Assembly (NCBI GenBank): GCA_008632985.1 | Contig: QPGO01000304.1 | Span: 1 to 63,616 of the forward strand | Source: Psammoneis japonica | Lineage: Eukaryota | Length of the DNA stretch: 63,616 bases | Direction: 5' to 3' | In this document: positions 1 through 11,269 of the stretch, one piece after another | Layout: each line of letters opens with the position of its first letter | Numbering within the stretch: position 1 is the first letter of the stretch | Made by a program: the position numbers and the translations under genes | The notes under the pieces: generated by a model | Told to the model about the DNA's origin: nothing | The model's database searches: none | Seen by the model: the letters and a program-made list of their open reading frames with translations, nothing else

Positions 1-793
1 CCAAGTCTCTTGTCGACTTCGCTAGTGGAATGTTGAGATTGTGCCCTACTCCCGGTGTGCCATGTTGGCCCTTTTCTTTCACAGACCCCGATGTTGACGG
101 AAAGAAACCTGGTGCATGTCGATGAAACGATACGGTCAATACTCGATCCGTATCATAAAAGGCACGTTGGACTCCGTCGCAGTGATGAATATCAATATCC
201 ATGTAAAGGACTCTCTGAAAAGTCTTTTGCAATCGTCGAATGGCCAAGACCACGTCATTGACGAAGCAAAACCCACCCGCCTGATCTGCATGGGCGTGGT
301 GACGACCCCCACCCCAATTGATTGCGACATTAGCCTGATTGGTTGCCAGCAAGTCGACCGCCTGCAGGGATGCACCAACTACGTGTCGACAATACTCCCA
401 TAGAGTCTTGCGTTCCTGTACGCTCGTGGGCAAAACACAATCCTCAGTAAGACCCAGCGAGGCCAACAACTCGGGTGAAAAGGAACTGGAAACTACTTCT
501 AGTTTGGGTGGTTCCAGGACATTCAGATAATGCTCGTGATGAAATCTCTCGAGATGTTGTCTCGTTGCTTTTTTGGGCTTTACAACCTTGAGAAATTTGG
601 GTGTTTCATGAAGAAAGCCGCAATAATCCAGTAATCCAGCTAATAATAAGTCGCGGTCTTGATGAATATACTGCATGGCACTGTGCAAGACTTTGGTGTA
701 CTCGTCGGAATGCAAGAGAGCAACCCGTTGTGAGGATTTTCTTGAGCTTCGGCTGCCGAAATTTGATGACGACTCCGTCACCTGACAGTTCAT
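1..793 (-). CDS. Class I histone deacetylase (HDAC8-like), 5' part; runs off the window edge
   Basis: ATG at 793. Translation includes RVALLHSDEY, LGLTEDC, AINWGGGRHHAHADQAGGFCFVND and VLYMDIDIHHCDGV. About 98% identical, inverted, to 49450-50313. Confidence 0.9.
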   Translation of the reverse strand, partial: MNCQVTESSSNFGSRSSRKSSQRVALLHSDEYTKVLHSAMQYIHQDRDLLLAGLLDYCGFLHETPKFLKVVKPKKATRQHLERFHHEHYLNVLEPPKLEVVSSSFSPELLASLGLTEDCVLPTSVQERKTLWEYCRHVVGASLQAVDLLATNQANVAINWGGGRHHAHADQAGGFCFVNDVVLAIRRLQKTFQRVLYMDIDIHHCDGVQRAFYDTDRVLTVSFHRHAPGFFPSTSGSVKEKGQHGTPGVGHNLNIPLAKSTRDL

Positions 794-1219
794 CTTATGA
801 AGGATCCTGTCAAACAAAGATGATCACAGGGTACCAATCCTCTAGCACTGGCATGGATATCGTTGTCTGAACAAGTCCCACTGTTGCTCTGCGTCGCTGT
901 GTGGCGACTGATGCATGGCAAGGGAGGTAGGGTTTGTGAGGAAGCGGTCGATGGATTTTCGGCGGCTGCTGTGTGCGTGGCCTCAATAAGAGCGCGCGCG
1001 CCCGACTGGGATCTCGGAGGGAGTTCGCAAGTTTCGAATTTTTAGCGCGGGTTGGCAGCGCGCAAAATGTCTCGCGCGAAAGCATCGACGCACAGGCTCT
1101 GAGCCTGTGAAACTCTGCCTGAACGAACGAAAGCATACCATAGGCGCTCGCCGGCCATGGCGGCTCCAGACTCCAGAGCGCCGATTGCATATGCAGCGAG
1201 GTGCCTCCAACACAGCACA

Positions 1220-1584
1220 ATGAGTGATTCATCATCTGCGTTTCCGTATGCTTGTGAGATTGATATCGCACTGCCGACGGCGCTTCATGCTGAACGGGTT
1301 AAACGCGTAATGGAAGTAGATAAAGAGTTGGGAGATCGAGTGACAAAGACCTTTTCTCTGGTCAAAGGAGTTGACACGGACGAGCTCGTGGTTGTGCGAG
1401 TGTAAGTAGTTGAAATGAAGTGCTGTTGTGGTTTTATACAGTATCCTCATATGCTTCAATCTTTAAGCTACGCAGAAACTTTAGAGCGACGGAGGCAAAA
1501 ATGTTGAGAGTGGCGGTGTCGGCGTTTTATGATTTTCTCAATGTTTCCCTCAAGTGCTTTCAAGAGTTTGAGGAACCAATATAA
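1220..1584 (+). CDS. PCC1: KEOPS/EKC complex subunit Pcc1/LAGE3 (2 exons: 1220-1401, 1476-1584)
   Basis: Spliced product MSDSSSAFPYACEIDIALPT...VMEVDKEL...VRVNFRATEAKMLRVAVSAFYDFL. GTAAGT...CGCAG intron restores the frame. Confidence 0.85.
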
Positions 1585-1684
1585 AACTATCCTTTACCTA
1601 CCGGAGAAAAGTTCAATTGAAAAAGAGGTGCCTCTAGCAATGTAGCTTCTGAATTCCGGGGGGGGTTCTGTTTTCTACAGTACT

Positions 1685-3025
1685 CTAGAATTCTGATTGC
1701 ATGTCTGGTGGTGGCGGTGCATCCTGAGCAAGCTTCGCGGCGAGCTCTTTATGAGGAAACTTCCATTTCATGAACGAATAGATCAGAAATTGTCCACCAA
1801 AGAAAATAGCATAGAAAATGAGCTTGTGCACAAACCTATCCCATAAGGAGTTGTCCGGGGCATCAGCTTTGCCGTCTGTATCTGTGAGTTCTGTATCGGT
1901 GGTTTCCTTAGTATCACTGCTCTTTTTGTTTGTTTCGGTTTTCATCGACTTTGCCATTTTCGAAAACATTTCCTTGCTCTTTTTGTTGTAATCCTTCTTT
2001 CTTCTCTTGAGCTCGGCTCGCATCTTTCGTACATCCTCGTTGTCAGGATATTCATTCTCTGCCGCGGCAACAGCAGCGTCGCTTTCTTCATATGTACTTG
2101 CAGGATCAAGCATTGCGGCTCTGGCAGCTCGGAGTAGAGCTTTTAGATTTCGTCGGTCTTGAATCAATACCTGAGTGGCAGCCTCTTTAGCTTGACGATA
2201 CTCCTTTGCTCGCATCAATACCGCAGCAGTGTTGTTGAGACAGTCCAATTGCACTTCCCGTGCCTGCTCTTTGTACTCTTCATCGATTGGATCTTGAAGT
2301 AGTCTCGTCATTCCATCTGCGCCTCGCTTGTACAACATCAGAGCTCTCCCTTTCCCAAATCCATCCGACCACTCGTTTGCATAACAGTCGTTCCCGATTT
2401 GCTTTTTATGACGAGCGCGTTCAATCTGAAATGAGGGAGTTGCGAAATCCTTTGATTCGGCTGAAACCACCGATTTGACGTGCACGTGAAAAATGACACT
2501 AGACTGAGGAGGCAAAACATAATCCCCGTTCTTCCGTCCGGCTGGGCCATAGGCGTATTTTGGGTGGCTTTGAATTACCGCACGTTCTCCCTGTTTCATG
2601 AAACGAATTCCCATTTCCAAAGCTGGGCATACATCCTTGTCCACAATTACAACTAGCCAATCCTTTGCATCCTGAAATACCTCTTCCTTCTTCCATTCTT
2701 CATCATCTGTGCTGCTCGCACGATATCCAACAAAATCAACACGAACGGCATCGCCAATGTCGCAAGCTACAGAGTCGCTCGAATCCTCGACTATCTGTTA
2801 AAAAAAATCGAAGAAAAAGAGTCAGATTTTTAGATGTTTTGAGTCAAAAGAGAATTCAAAAAGGCAGTACAGTACCTTCATGCGAAGGTCGCTCCCCATC
2901 AAATCCATCCAGCGGCCACCGCGTGGCTGCTCATCCTTTTTCGCTTCTTCTTGGTTGTTTCCGGTTCCGGCATGACTGCGAGAGGCGGATTCTTCCTTTT
3001 CAAGGTGTTCTTCGATTTCTACCAT
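1685..3025 (-). CDS. FKBP-type PPIase with TPR repeats and C-terminal membrane anchor (FKBP8/38-like)
   Basis: DVCPALEMGIRFMKQGE...HPKYAYG FKBP domain, TPR motifs (KQIGN, CLNNTAA, NLKALLRAARA) and a hydrophobic tail. One intron at about 2795-2877. Confidence 0.85.
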
Positions 3026-3139
3026 GATGCTTTCGTTTTATGTAGCTAGGAACTAAACTCACAGCGGTAGGAGGAGCGACAAAGTCTCTATTGAAAATGT
3101 ATTGAAAGCAAGGAAATAATGTAAGAAGCAAAGTTCAAG

Positions 3140-3218
3140 CTGGTGTTGGTTGTTGGCAGTGTTGAGGAGTTGTGGTTGTGGCTCGTGGCTCGCGTGCACG
3201 GTGCATGCAGTGCAGTGC

Positions 3219-3249
<31 letters not shown>

Positions 3250-6200
3250 TGCGCAGGTGCGTGCGTGCGGTGTTACGGGCCAGTGTCTGCGGGCATGCAG
3301 GAAATGCTGGCAGGGGTTTGAGAGATGGGGTGGCAAGGTGAGTTGTACTCTAGTTTGGTGGAACAGCGGGCGAGTTGGTCGGCTTGGCGTTTGGCAACCA
3401 TGAGACTGAGGCTCTGAAGGCCCCTTGCTGTGCCGCATGGCGTGGGGCAGTGTGGTGGTGGGCAAAGCCCAAATGTGGGTGTGGGGTTGACATGCACGCT
3501 GTCGTCCTTCCACAGAGAGGCGGCTGTGACAGCAGAAAGAACTCCTGAAGGCAAGAGTTGGGCACAGGTGTGCATGAAGTGTGGGCAGCTGGATGTTGGA
3601 AAGAGGACATGGGTGCTGGGACAGGGTGGCTCTGGTTGGCTCCAAAGAGGAGGAGTTGTTGGAATTTCTCGTCTTGCCGACTGGTCTGGTGTGTCAGTCT
3701 CGCTGATCCCCATGCTCACTGTTGCATGGGCTGCAAACACTGCTCTCTGCTGACTGCCATGTTGTCCTGGTGCAGAAGCTGAAAAGTGAGCATGAGACCC
3801 ACCCTCTTGGTGGGCTGCAAAGGTTGATTCACCACGTCACCAACAATTGTCAGTCGCCAGTGTCGCTTTCACTTTTCAACTTTGTCTGTGTCTCTGCACT
3901 CCAAAAACTGCATCACACACTGATGATGATCCAACAGGAGTCCTCTCCATCATGCAGGCAAACACCCAGGAGGCTCCCAAGTGTTCAATGACAAATGGGG
4001 CAAAGCAGATGCATGCCCACTCAACTCACAGCAGTCATGAGAGTTGGCCCATGCTGGACTTCATGGTTTCTGTTGAACTTCTGCTTGGCACTCATGTGGT
4101 GTGCCTCAGCCAAAGGGTTGAGATTGAGGACAGAGGCAAGTGCTGGGAGCTGGGAGAGGAGGTGTGGTTTTGTGTTGGGTGTGGTGGCAGGGTGTGGCAG
4201 GTGGGTGGGTGGTGCATGGTGTTCTGTTGTCTGCTCACACATTGTTTTTGCACACTCCTGTGCTTTGGTGGTTGCATCATTCACTCACAATTCACAGGTT
4301 GCTGGGCTCTCAAACCCCACAACCATCAATTGCTGAGCAAGCCAGAATTGCTTCTGGACTCACCACACACTCAAAACTGACAACTGCACAGAGATGTGTG
4401 TGCAAAAGGAATTGGGCAGAGAGCAATTGTGAGCCAGCTGCTCTGGCTTGCAGCTGCTCTGGCTTGCAGCTGCTGCTCAGTCACCAACTTGCCCAGGAAC
4501 ACATGGCCATTCTTGACTTTTTGTGTGCCACGGCAAGAGCAGTGCAGAGCCTGCCCTTCAGTGCTGCTTTGTTGAGAAGATTGTTGTTCATCCATTGCTG
4601 GCATTTGCAAGATCAAAAAATGCATCTTTGTCCTTGGGCCAGCATGCAGTGACCCCACACCTGGGGCACTGGCCATGACTCAATTGCCATCAAACACCAT
4701 GCAGCAAGTTGACCTGGAGGCTGTGAGCGAGCCAAACCCAACAAAGATTGTGCCCTAAAGAGCGTGGTTTGTTGAGGATGAAAAGTTGGTTCTGCCATGT
4801 TGCTGTGTTGTTGACTCTTGTGCATGCTTTGCTGGCTTCCCACTTGCTTCACTTGCGTGCAAATCTTGCAAGCCAGATGTCTCATTGATGCTGGAGAAAG
4901 GGCACTTGCTGACATTGTGGCCAATTGCCTCCATCTTGAGAGTGGACACTGCAAGTTGGGCAAGGTGTCTTTTTTGAGAAGCTGGCACTTTGCTGGTGCA
5001 GCACTCTGCCTTGTCAGCTGGAATGACCTTTGAGATGAGCAAGAAAGCACCTTTCCCCCAGCAGGCTTCTTCGCCAGCTGAACAAGAGTGAAGTGCAATC
5101 CACAATCTTGAGCTCCTGGCAAATTTGCTGGCACCTGACCTTGATTGTCAGACCGCTGCTGCACAAATGTTTGCCCCTCCTTCCTGACAGGAAATGAGTT
5201 GGAGAATCTGAGAGAAACCCCTGCCGAGCATTGCAGCACATCAGAGATGACAAGAATGCCAGAGCCCCAAGCTGTCTTTGGATTTGTGCATGACAGTGAC
5301 TGGAAAGGGCAGTGATGCCAACTTTGCCTTTGCTCTCTGGAGACAATTGCAAAGGGAAACAAAAGATGTTGGTGTTGCAAAAAAGACAAGAAGACACAAC
5401 TCAAAGCTCAGCGAACCCTGGAGAGAAGCACCAGCTGGTGGCGTGCAAAGCAGACAAGCATTGAATTCACTCACATCAGCCATTTTGAATGCCAAATTCC
5501 AATCAAACCCCAAAACAGTGATTTTGGTCTTCTTGAGAAAAACTCTTTGTTGGCTGATGCTCAAGCAGCCAGCAGCTTCCTTGAAATGCCAGCTGGCCCA
5601 GCGGTCTTTTTTCAGCCTTTTGTCCAACTTTTCAGCAAAACAATGACATTTCTAGCCCTGCCTCTACCTCACACATCATCATCATCTGGACATGGATGTC
5701 ATGACTTTTGATGCTTTGTTCTTTTTCAAATCCTTCATTTTGACAATGCTCCTCATGACCCTCAATTGTGGCTTTTGGCTGGCTCAGTTGCCAGCAGCCT
5801 TTTGTCCCTCCAGATTGGAGCAAAGTTTTCTTTCTCCTCAAAGACAAGGCAACAAGAAGTCTGTGTCAGGGCAAAGAAGCTTTTCAGACTTGGCAGCTCT
5901 TGAGGCAAAGAATCTGCAACAAGCCTCTTGTCTAAGTGCTTGTCCTTCTCACCTCTTGCTCTGCATCCGTGCCTCCCTCCCCCCCCATGATTGTTGTTTT
6001 TCAGAGTGACAACCAGCCAACAGATTTTTCAAGCAAGGCGTGGCAACAGCCAGCAACATTGTCTCATTGAAACAAGGTGAACAACAGCTTTGAAGAACCA
6101 AAGTCAGGATGTTGATCATGGCAAAGTGATGTGTGTCTCTGTGGAGTCCCAACAAAGAGATGTTGTTGGCAAAGCTGCCAGCAACACCAACGGGCTTCAT

Positions 6201-7310
6201 GGTGCAATGCTCGCTGCACTTTCAACACAGCAAATGAAGCAAAAAGACATTTGGCAAATGGAAAACAGGGCTCTGTTGTTGCGTGTGGCATGGGTTGCTC
6301 TGCCACAAAAGCGGAGCTCTGCTGTGGGGCAAGGAAGATGACAAACAACATTGCCGCAATGAGCTGCCTGTTGTTCTGTTGTCAGACACAGGGAGAGCCA
6401 ACCTTGAGCTCTTTGGACAGACCTGGGCATGTTTGGACAACTGACTTGTCATGCACAATGCTCTGGGTGCACACTCATTGTGTGCCAACTTCTCATCATT
6501 GCGCGCTGATTCTTCACAAACAAAAAGGAAACCAAGCATCACAGCAGACAGCATCAGGACTCAAAGTTGTGGCTGGAAGAGTCAGTGGCCAAATGGAAGT
6601 CACTCTTGCTGTGCCAAACTTAAATGACCTGGAGTTGAAGATGAAAGAACCTCCCTCCCAGAGACTGCAAGGCTTTTGCCTGCAAGCTCTGTTCTTTGCA
6701 TTGACCACCAACTCAGCTCCTGACAGGCTGAAAGCAAATGGAGATTTTCCAATGAGGCAGGGACCCATGCACAGCTTTTGCTGCGAATGTTGCGCCCTTG
6801 TTCACACAGAAATGATTGAAACCTTGGGAAGCTGTGCAACAAAATCTTTGCAGACCATTGCTGTCAAAAAAGATGACTTTGAGAGAGATCAGAAAATCTT
6901 TGTGCCATCATCATCCACACCCCAACCTGCCAACAGCTGGAGAGAAGGTTGTTTTTGGCAGAGTCAAGAAACAGAACAGATCCAGCCAAGAAGCTGGGGG
7001 GGATGCAATTGTGACATGCATCTGTCTTGTTCATGTGCTGTGTTGTGCATGGAGCACCACTCAAGGGAACAGCTCTTTTTGTTGAAGATGTGGCAGCCTG
7101 TGTTGGCCTGCTGTGCCAGAAGTCTGCAGTGTGTCCGCAGTGCGTGAGTGGCAGCGAACTGTGGGGGGATGACTCTTTTGCCAATGTGGAAGATGCGCTG
7201 TCAATCTTCAATTCCCTGGGGCACATTTGGGAGAGACCCTGGTGGATGACACCCAAGACTGGCTCTTGCCACACTGCCAACCAAATTTGCATGACCAAAT
7301 GGACATTTGA
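3140..7310. mobile_element. Eroded repeat/TE-like island 1 (TpA- and CpG-depleted, TG/CA-rich); family not identifiable
   Basis: Only a handful of TA dinucleotides in about 4 kb. ORFs are Cys/His/Gln-rich and nearly Tyr-free. Sharp return to normal composition near 7310. Confidence 0.6.
3219..3248 (+). repeat. (GGCA)n microsatellite
   Basis: ggcaggcaggcaggcaggcaggcaggcagg. Confidence 0.9.
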
Positions 7311-7574
7311 AGTTCGGCGGCCTTACTCGCCTTGCTCAGCTTGGGCGCTTAGCTTGCTCGCTCGCTTGCCTTGCCATGAATGTAATTAACAGCACAAGTG
7401 CTCATTACTCATCACCTTTTACCACCACTTCAATCTTCGCGGCCTCGCTCCATGATCTCTATTTCTTGTACGGTATACGGTATCTCCATTTCGTCGGCGA
7501 CGTGTTATTGCTGTTCTTCGTGACGGCCGAACCAAAATGCCTTGACATTCACCAATGTGGTATCGTTCGTCGCC

Positions 7575-9401
7575 ATGAGCATGCACAGAACGAATATCAG
7601 TCTCGTTTTGGCTGTGGTTTCGGTGCTACTCCTAGGTTCAGAAGCCTTTTCGGCAAGCACCGCTACAGCACCCTCGATCCCAACTCCGACCTCGTCTGAG
7701 GAATCTACTACCGACTCGTCGACTTCAAAGAAACCACGTCCTCTTTTTCAGAATTGGTGGCCAGTATCCCTCGAGAGTGCGTTGGATCCAAGTAAACCCA
7801 ACACTGTCGAATTGCTCAGTCAGAAGCTGGTCCTCTTTTTCGATGGGACCGAATGGAAGTGTCTAGACGATGCCTGTTGTCATCGATTTGCTCCGCTTAG
7901 CGAAGGGCGTCTTGTGAACAGCAGCAATTGCAATCATATTCAATGTGCTTACCACGGGTGGGAATTCGATGGCAAAGGCGCGTGCCAACGAATCCCTCAG
8001 CAATCCTTGTCCTCCAGCACTACGGGCTTTGGAAAGCAAGTGGCGAATTACCCAGTTCGTGTCGGAGGCGACATGGTTTGGGTATGGTCTGATTCGAACA
8101 AGGCGACATGGCCCATTGCCGAAAGTGTACCTCTACCAATATCGCCCTTGCTTGAGAAATTTAAGGAGGACTACCCCGGTTCGGGTTTTATGAGAGATTT
8201 GCCGTATGGCCTCGAGCTCTTGGGCGAGAACTTGCTAGACATTAGTCATTTGCCTTTTTCTCATCATTCGGTTGGCGGCTTTTACCGCGAAGACGCGCGA
8301 CCATTGAAACTACAAATGCTTTCCGAGAAGGAAAGACTAGAATTTGCTCAGGAGGAGATGGATGCCGTGGTGGAGGACCATGATGGGTATAGCAACAACG
8401 GCATCATTCACTACCCGGTTCCCATCTTTCAAGTGCAGGTGCAGAATGCGTCACAATCAGATCCTACCCTTATGGCACGAAATCGAAGACGTCTCGTCGA
8501 GTCAAACTCCACTGCTGTGAGTGGTTTTTATGATCCATGTCACATTCGGTACCGTCGAATCTTTGGAGGTCGGCGAAGCGGTAGTGGAGCAAACATTGAA
8601 CTCTTCATTTCTCCCATTTCACCAGGACGAAGTCGTGTGTTCTTTTTCAACTCATTTGAACGATTCCTTCAACGAAATCTTGATAAATCGGTACAGAAAC
8701 AAAAGGGATGGTTTGCGAAAGCAAAACAACGATTCATCAACAGTCGCATCCGAGTCATTGTTGGGGGCTCTGGCTGGGAAGGGCACATGGTAGCACACGA
8801 CATTTTTGATGGTGATGGCATTTTCCTTAATAAGCAAGGCGATCGAATGAGTAGGAGGGGCTTGACACACAAGGACTACTTCACTCCGACCTCGACTGAT
8901 ATCTTGGTGAAGAGCTATCGTCGATGGCTGGATGCAGCCGCAGGTGCAACCGTGGATATGTATGGGCTGAAGGGAATGCAGGCCGCCGCAGCCGCATCTG
9001 GATCATTAGTGCCTAATCCAAGCAATGAGAAACCGGCATACCTCGATATAGACGAGCGAGCAAAGACGCTTGATCGATTCACTTCCCACACAAAGAACTG
9101 CAAGATTTGCTCTCGGGCGTTGGACAAGTTGACAAGGAGAAAATCGATACTGGATATTTTTGTAACCGCCATGTTGGGCTCCGTGGGCGCCTCAACAAGT
9201 GCGTTTTCCGTCGCTTCTCTCCTGGCATTATTGGGAAAGGACAGTGCCCTTACTGTTGTGGCTAGAGCTGTGTCGCGTTCTGCTGCTACCATTGCACTCG
9301 CATCGTGTGTCGCCTTCTTCTTGGCTGACCGTAAACGCAATGTGGTAGCAAAGCAAATCCAAAAGTTTTTCTTTGTTGATTACGTTCACTCAAACAAATA
9401 G
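7575..9401 (+). CDS. Plastid-targeted Rieske [2Fe-2S] oxygenase, pheophorbide a oxygenase (PAO/Tic55)-like
   Basis: CCHRFAPLSEG...CAYHGWEF Rieske motif, ENLLDISHLPFSH iron site, HTKNCKIC motif, C-terminal TM helices. Signal peptide followed by SEA|FSA (ASAFAP-like). Confidence 0.9.
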   Translation: MSMHRTNISLVLAVVSVLLLGSEAFSASTATAPSIPTPTSSEESTTDSSTSKKPRPLFQNWWPVSLESALDPSKPNTVELLSQKLVLFFDGTEWKCLDDACCHRFAPLSEGRLVNSSNCNHIQCAYHGWEFDGKGACQRIPQQSLSSSTTGFGKQVANYPVRVGGDMVWVWSDSNKATWPIAESVPLPISPLLEKFKEDYPGSGFMRDLPYGLELLGENLLDISHLPFSHHSVGGFYREDARPLKLQMLSEKERLEFAQEEMDAVVEDHDGYSNNGIIHYPVPIFQVQVQNASQSDPTLMARNRRRLVESNSTAVSGFYDPCHIRYRRIFGGRRSGSGANIELFISPISPGRSRVFFFNSFERFLQRNLDKSVQKQKGWFAKAKQRFINSRIRVIVGGSGWEGHMVAHDIFDGDGIFLNKQGDRMSRRGLTHKDYFTPTSTDILVKSYRRWLDAAAGATVDMYGLKGMQAAAAASGSLVPNPSNEKPAYLDIDERAKTLDRFTSHTKNCKICSRALDKLTRRKSILDIFVTAMLGSVGASTSAFSVASLLALLGKDSALTVVARAVSRSAATIALASCVAFFLADRKRNVVAKQIQKFFFVDYVHSNK

Positions 9402-9546
9402 ACTACCAACAAATAAATTACAGAACCCTTGCGTTTATCTTTTGATTTAATCGCTGGAGAGCGGGTTTTGTTGCTTTCCCATGGCTGCAGTGGCCATGGA
9501 GAGAATCCATATACGGTATGAATGTGCTCGTAATGGATAAGTTCAT

Positions 9547-10675
9547 CTATCTCACCAAGTGGAATGTCGCTCCGCCTTCTTCGCCGGAAGACGAAAACAC
9601 CTTGATCAGGCTTCCTGAATGCGGCCTCAGCGGTGGATTCTCGATGTAAACGCCGATTTCTCTGGCAATGTCTATCGGCTTTGTCCACTTGTTAAAGTCT
9701 GCCTTGGGGTCAGCATCACGGTTCGTGGGGGTATCAATCATGGTTGGTAGAATTCCAATAGCGGTGAGCGTATCCAAGTATTGACCACTGCCCTGACTGC
9801 GGACTCGACGTCCATCCTTTCGCTTCGGCTTTGATGTGGCCGACTTTCCGGTACTTGCGCCTAGAGTCTGTACAAAGTGATGAGCCGCAGCCTTAGCAAG
9901 TCCATATCCCATCATGCCAGGTGTAGGAGATAATGCTGCTGTAGCTCCAATGACAACAAAAAGTCCTTTTGCGACAAAGAACAAAATGCGGTGAGAAGCA
10001 GGACATTTGGTTCTGGAGTACATTGAGGCAGAAACAAAAGATGCCAGTAGCACAGTCATCATATTTACCTTCATCTCCCATGAATCGTTCTGCCACATGC
10101 CCGGCAGCTACCACCGGGTGGAGGTTCATTCGCGTCATTCTATCGATGCAATCTCCGTACCGAACTGCACCTTCAATCACTTCGTCACTAGTAGCATCCA
10201 GACTAACCGGTGTAGGATCTCCCTCCCATCCACCGCTGGCAACCACAATAGCATCTAGTTGTCCTTCATCCAATGCATTGCCAACCCCCTTGACAAGACG
10301 AGTCGTAAGGTCAGCCAGCGTGGGATTCTGACCAACGTGAGGGAGTGCCACAAAGTCACCCACCCCCCAATCAGCACTGTGGTCTAATTCTACAAGATCT
10401 GCCCCTATAACAGTCATGCCCAAATCTCTTCCCAAATGCTTTGACACTGTTCGTCCCAGCGCGCCCGACGATCCCAGCACCAATACGGACGCAGCATCAT
10501 CTGCCACCGAGGATACCATTGTACGCCTCATAACTTCAATTGGAAAGCTTGATAGATTTTTATTGTCCCACGTCAGACACGAAGATAACTTATTTGACTC
10601 ATTGCAAAGGGTACGCGACGTTCTTATCGTAGCCAAACGGATGTGCCCCGACGCGCCAGTAAGCACCGGTAACAT
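9547..10675 (-). CDS. QDPR: Dihydropteridine reductase (SDR family), one intron at about 9966-10068
   Basis: VLVLGSSGALG, VASGGWEG, GATAALSPTPGMMGYGLAKAAAHH, ILPTMIDTPTNR...ADFNKWT. Confidence 0.88.
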
Positions 10676-11008
10676 AATTCCCTGATTTCACCCGATCGTA
10701 AGATTTTNTAACAGTCATGCCCAAATCTCTTCCCAAATGCTTTGACACTGTTCGTCCCAGCGCGCCCGACGATCCCAGCACCAATACGGACGCAGCATCA
10801 TCTGCCACCGAGGATACCATTGTACGCCTCATAATTTCAATTGGAAAGCTTGATAGATTTTTATTCTCCCACGTCAGACACGAAGATAACTTATTTGACT
10901 CATTGCAAAGGGTACGCGACGTTCTTATCGTAGCCAAACGGATGTGCCCCGACGCGCCAGTAAGCACCGGTAACATAATTCCCTGATTTCACCCGGTCGT
11001 AAGATTTT
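10409..11008. repeat. About 300 bp direct duplication of the QDPR 5' region, joined at a single N (10708); probable overlap/haplotype artefact
   Basis: 10409-10707 matches 10710-11008 with about 3 SNPs. Confidence 0.8.
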
Positions 11009-11269
11009 CGATGTTGCTTTTTTGTGTTCGTCTCTATTTCAATTGACGGACAGACACGCGTCGCCTTTCGGGGACCTTAGTTTTCCTTTGCCGATTGTAA
11101 TCAGTGCTTGTATGACAGCGTTGTGGAGAAGCACATTGCGATGCTGGAGTTTTCAACATCTAACTTCGGGTGATGTATTTTGAAGCACAGTCGCCTATAG
11201 AGCTGAAGCGCGTAAAGTTCGAGCGCCAGTCAAATTACCTGTGGGCTCAACTTGAGCCTGTGAAATTAC

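Noticed and set aside
6131..7147. 338-aa ORF (also 4613-5404, 28539-29354 and 39523-40437) as functional genes
   Set aside because: They lie in TA-depleted islands where stop codons are rare, are Tyr-free, and have no recognisable domain. At best they are eroded remnants.
10409..11008. Tandem duplication of the QDPR 5' end
   Set aside because: The copies abut at an N and differ by only a few SNPs, so this is most likely an unmerged contig overlap of two haplotypes.
11225..11260. Hairpin GGCTCAACTTGAGCC followed on the minus strand by CTGG, resembling a Helitron 3' end
   Set aside because: No A/T insertion site, 5' TC end or Rep/helicase remnant could be identified.
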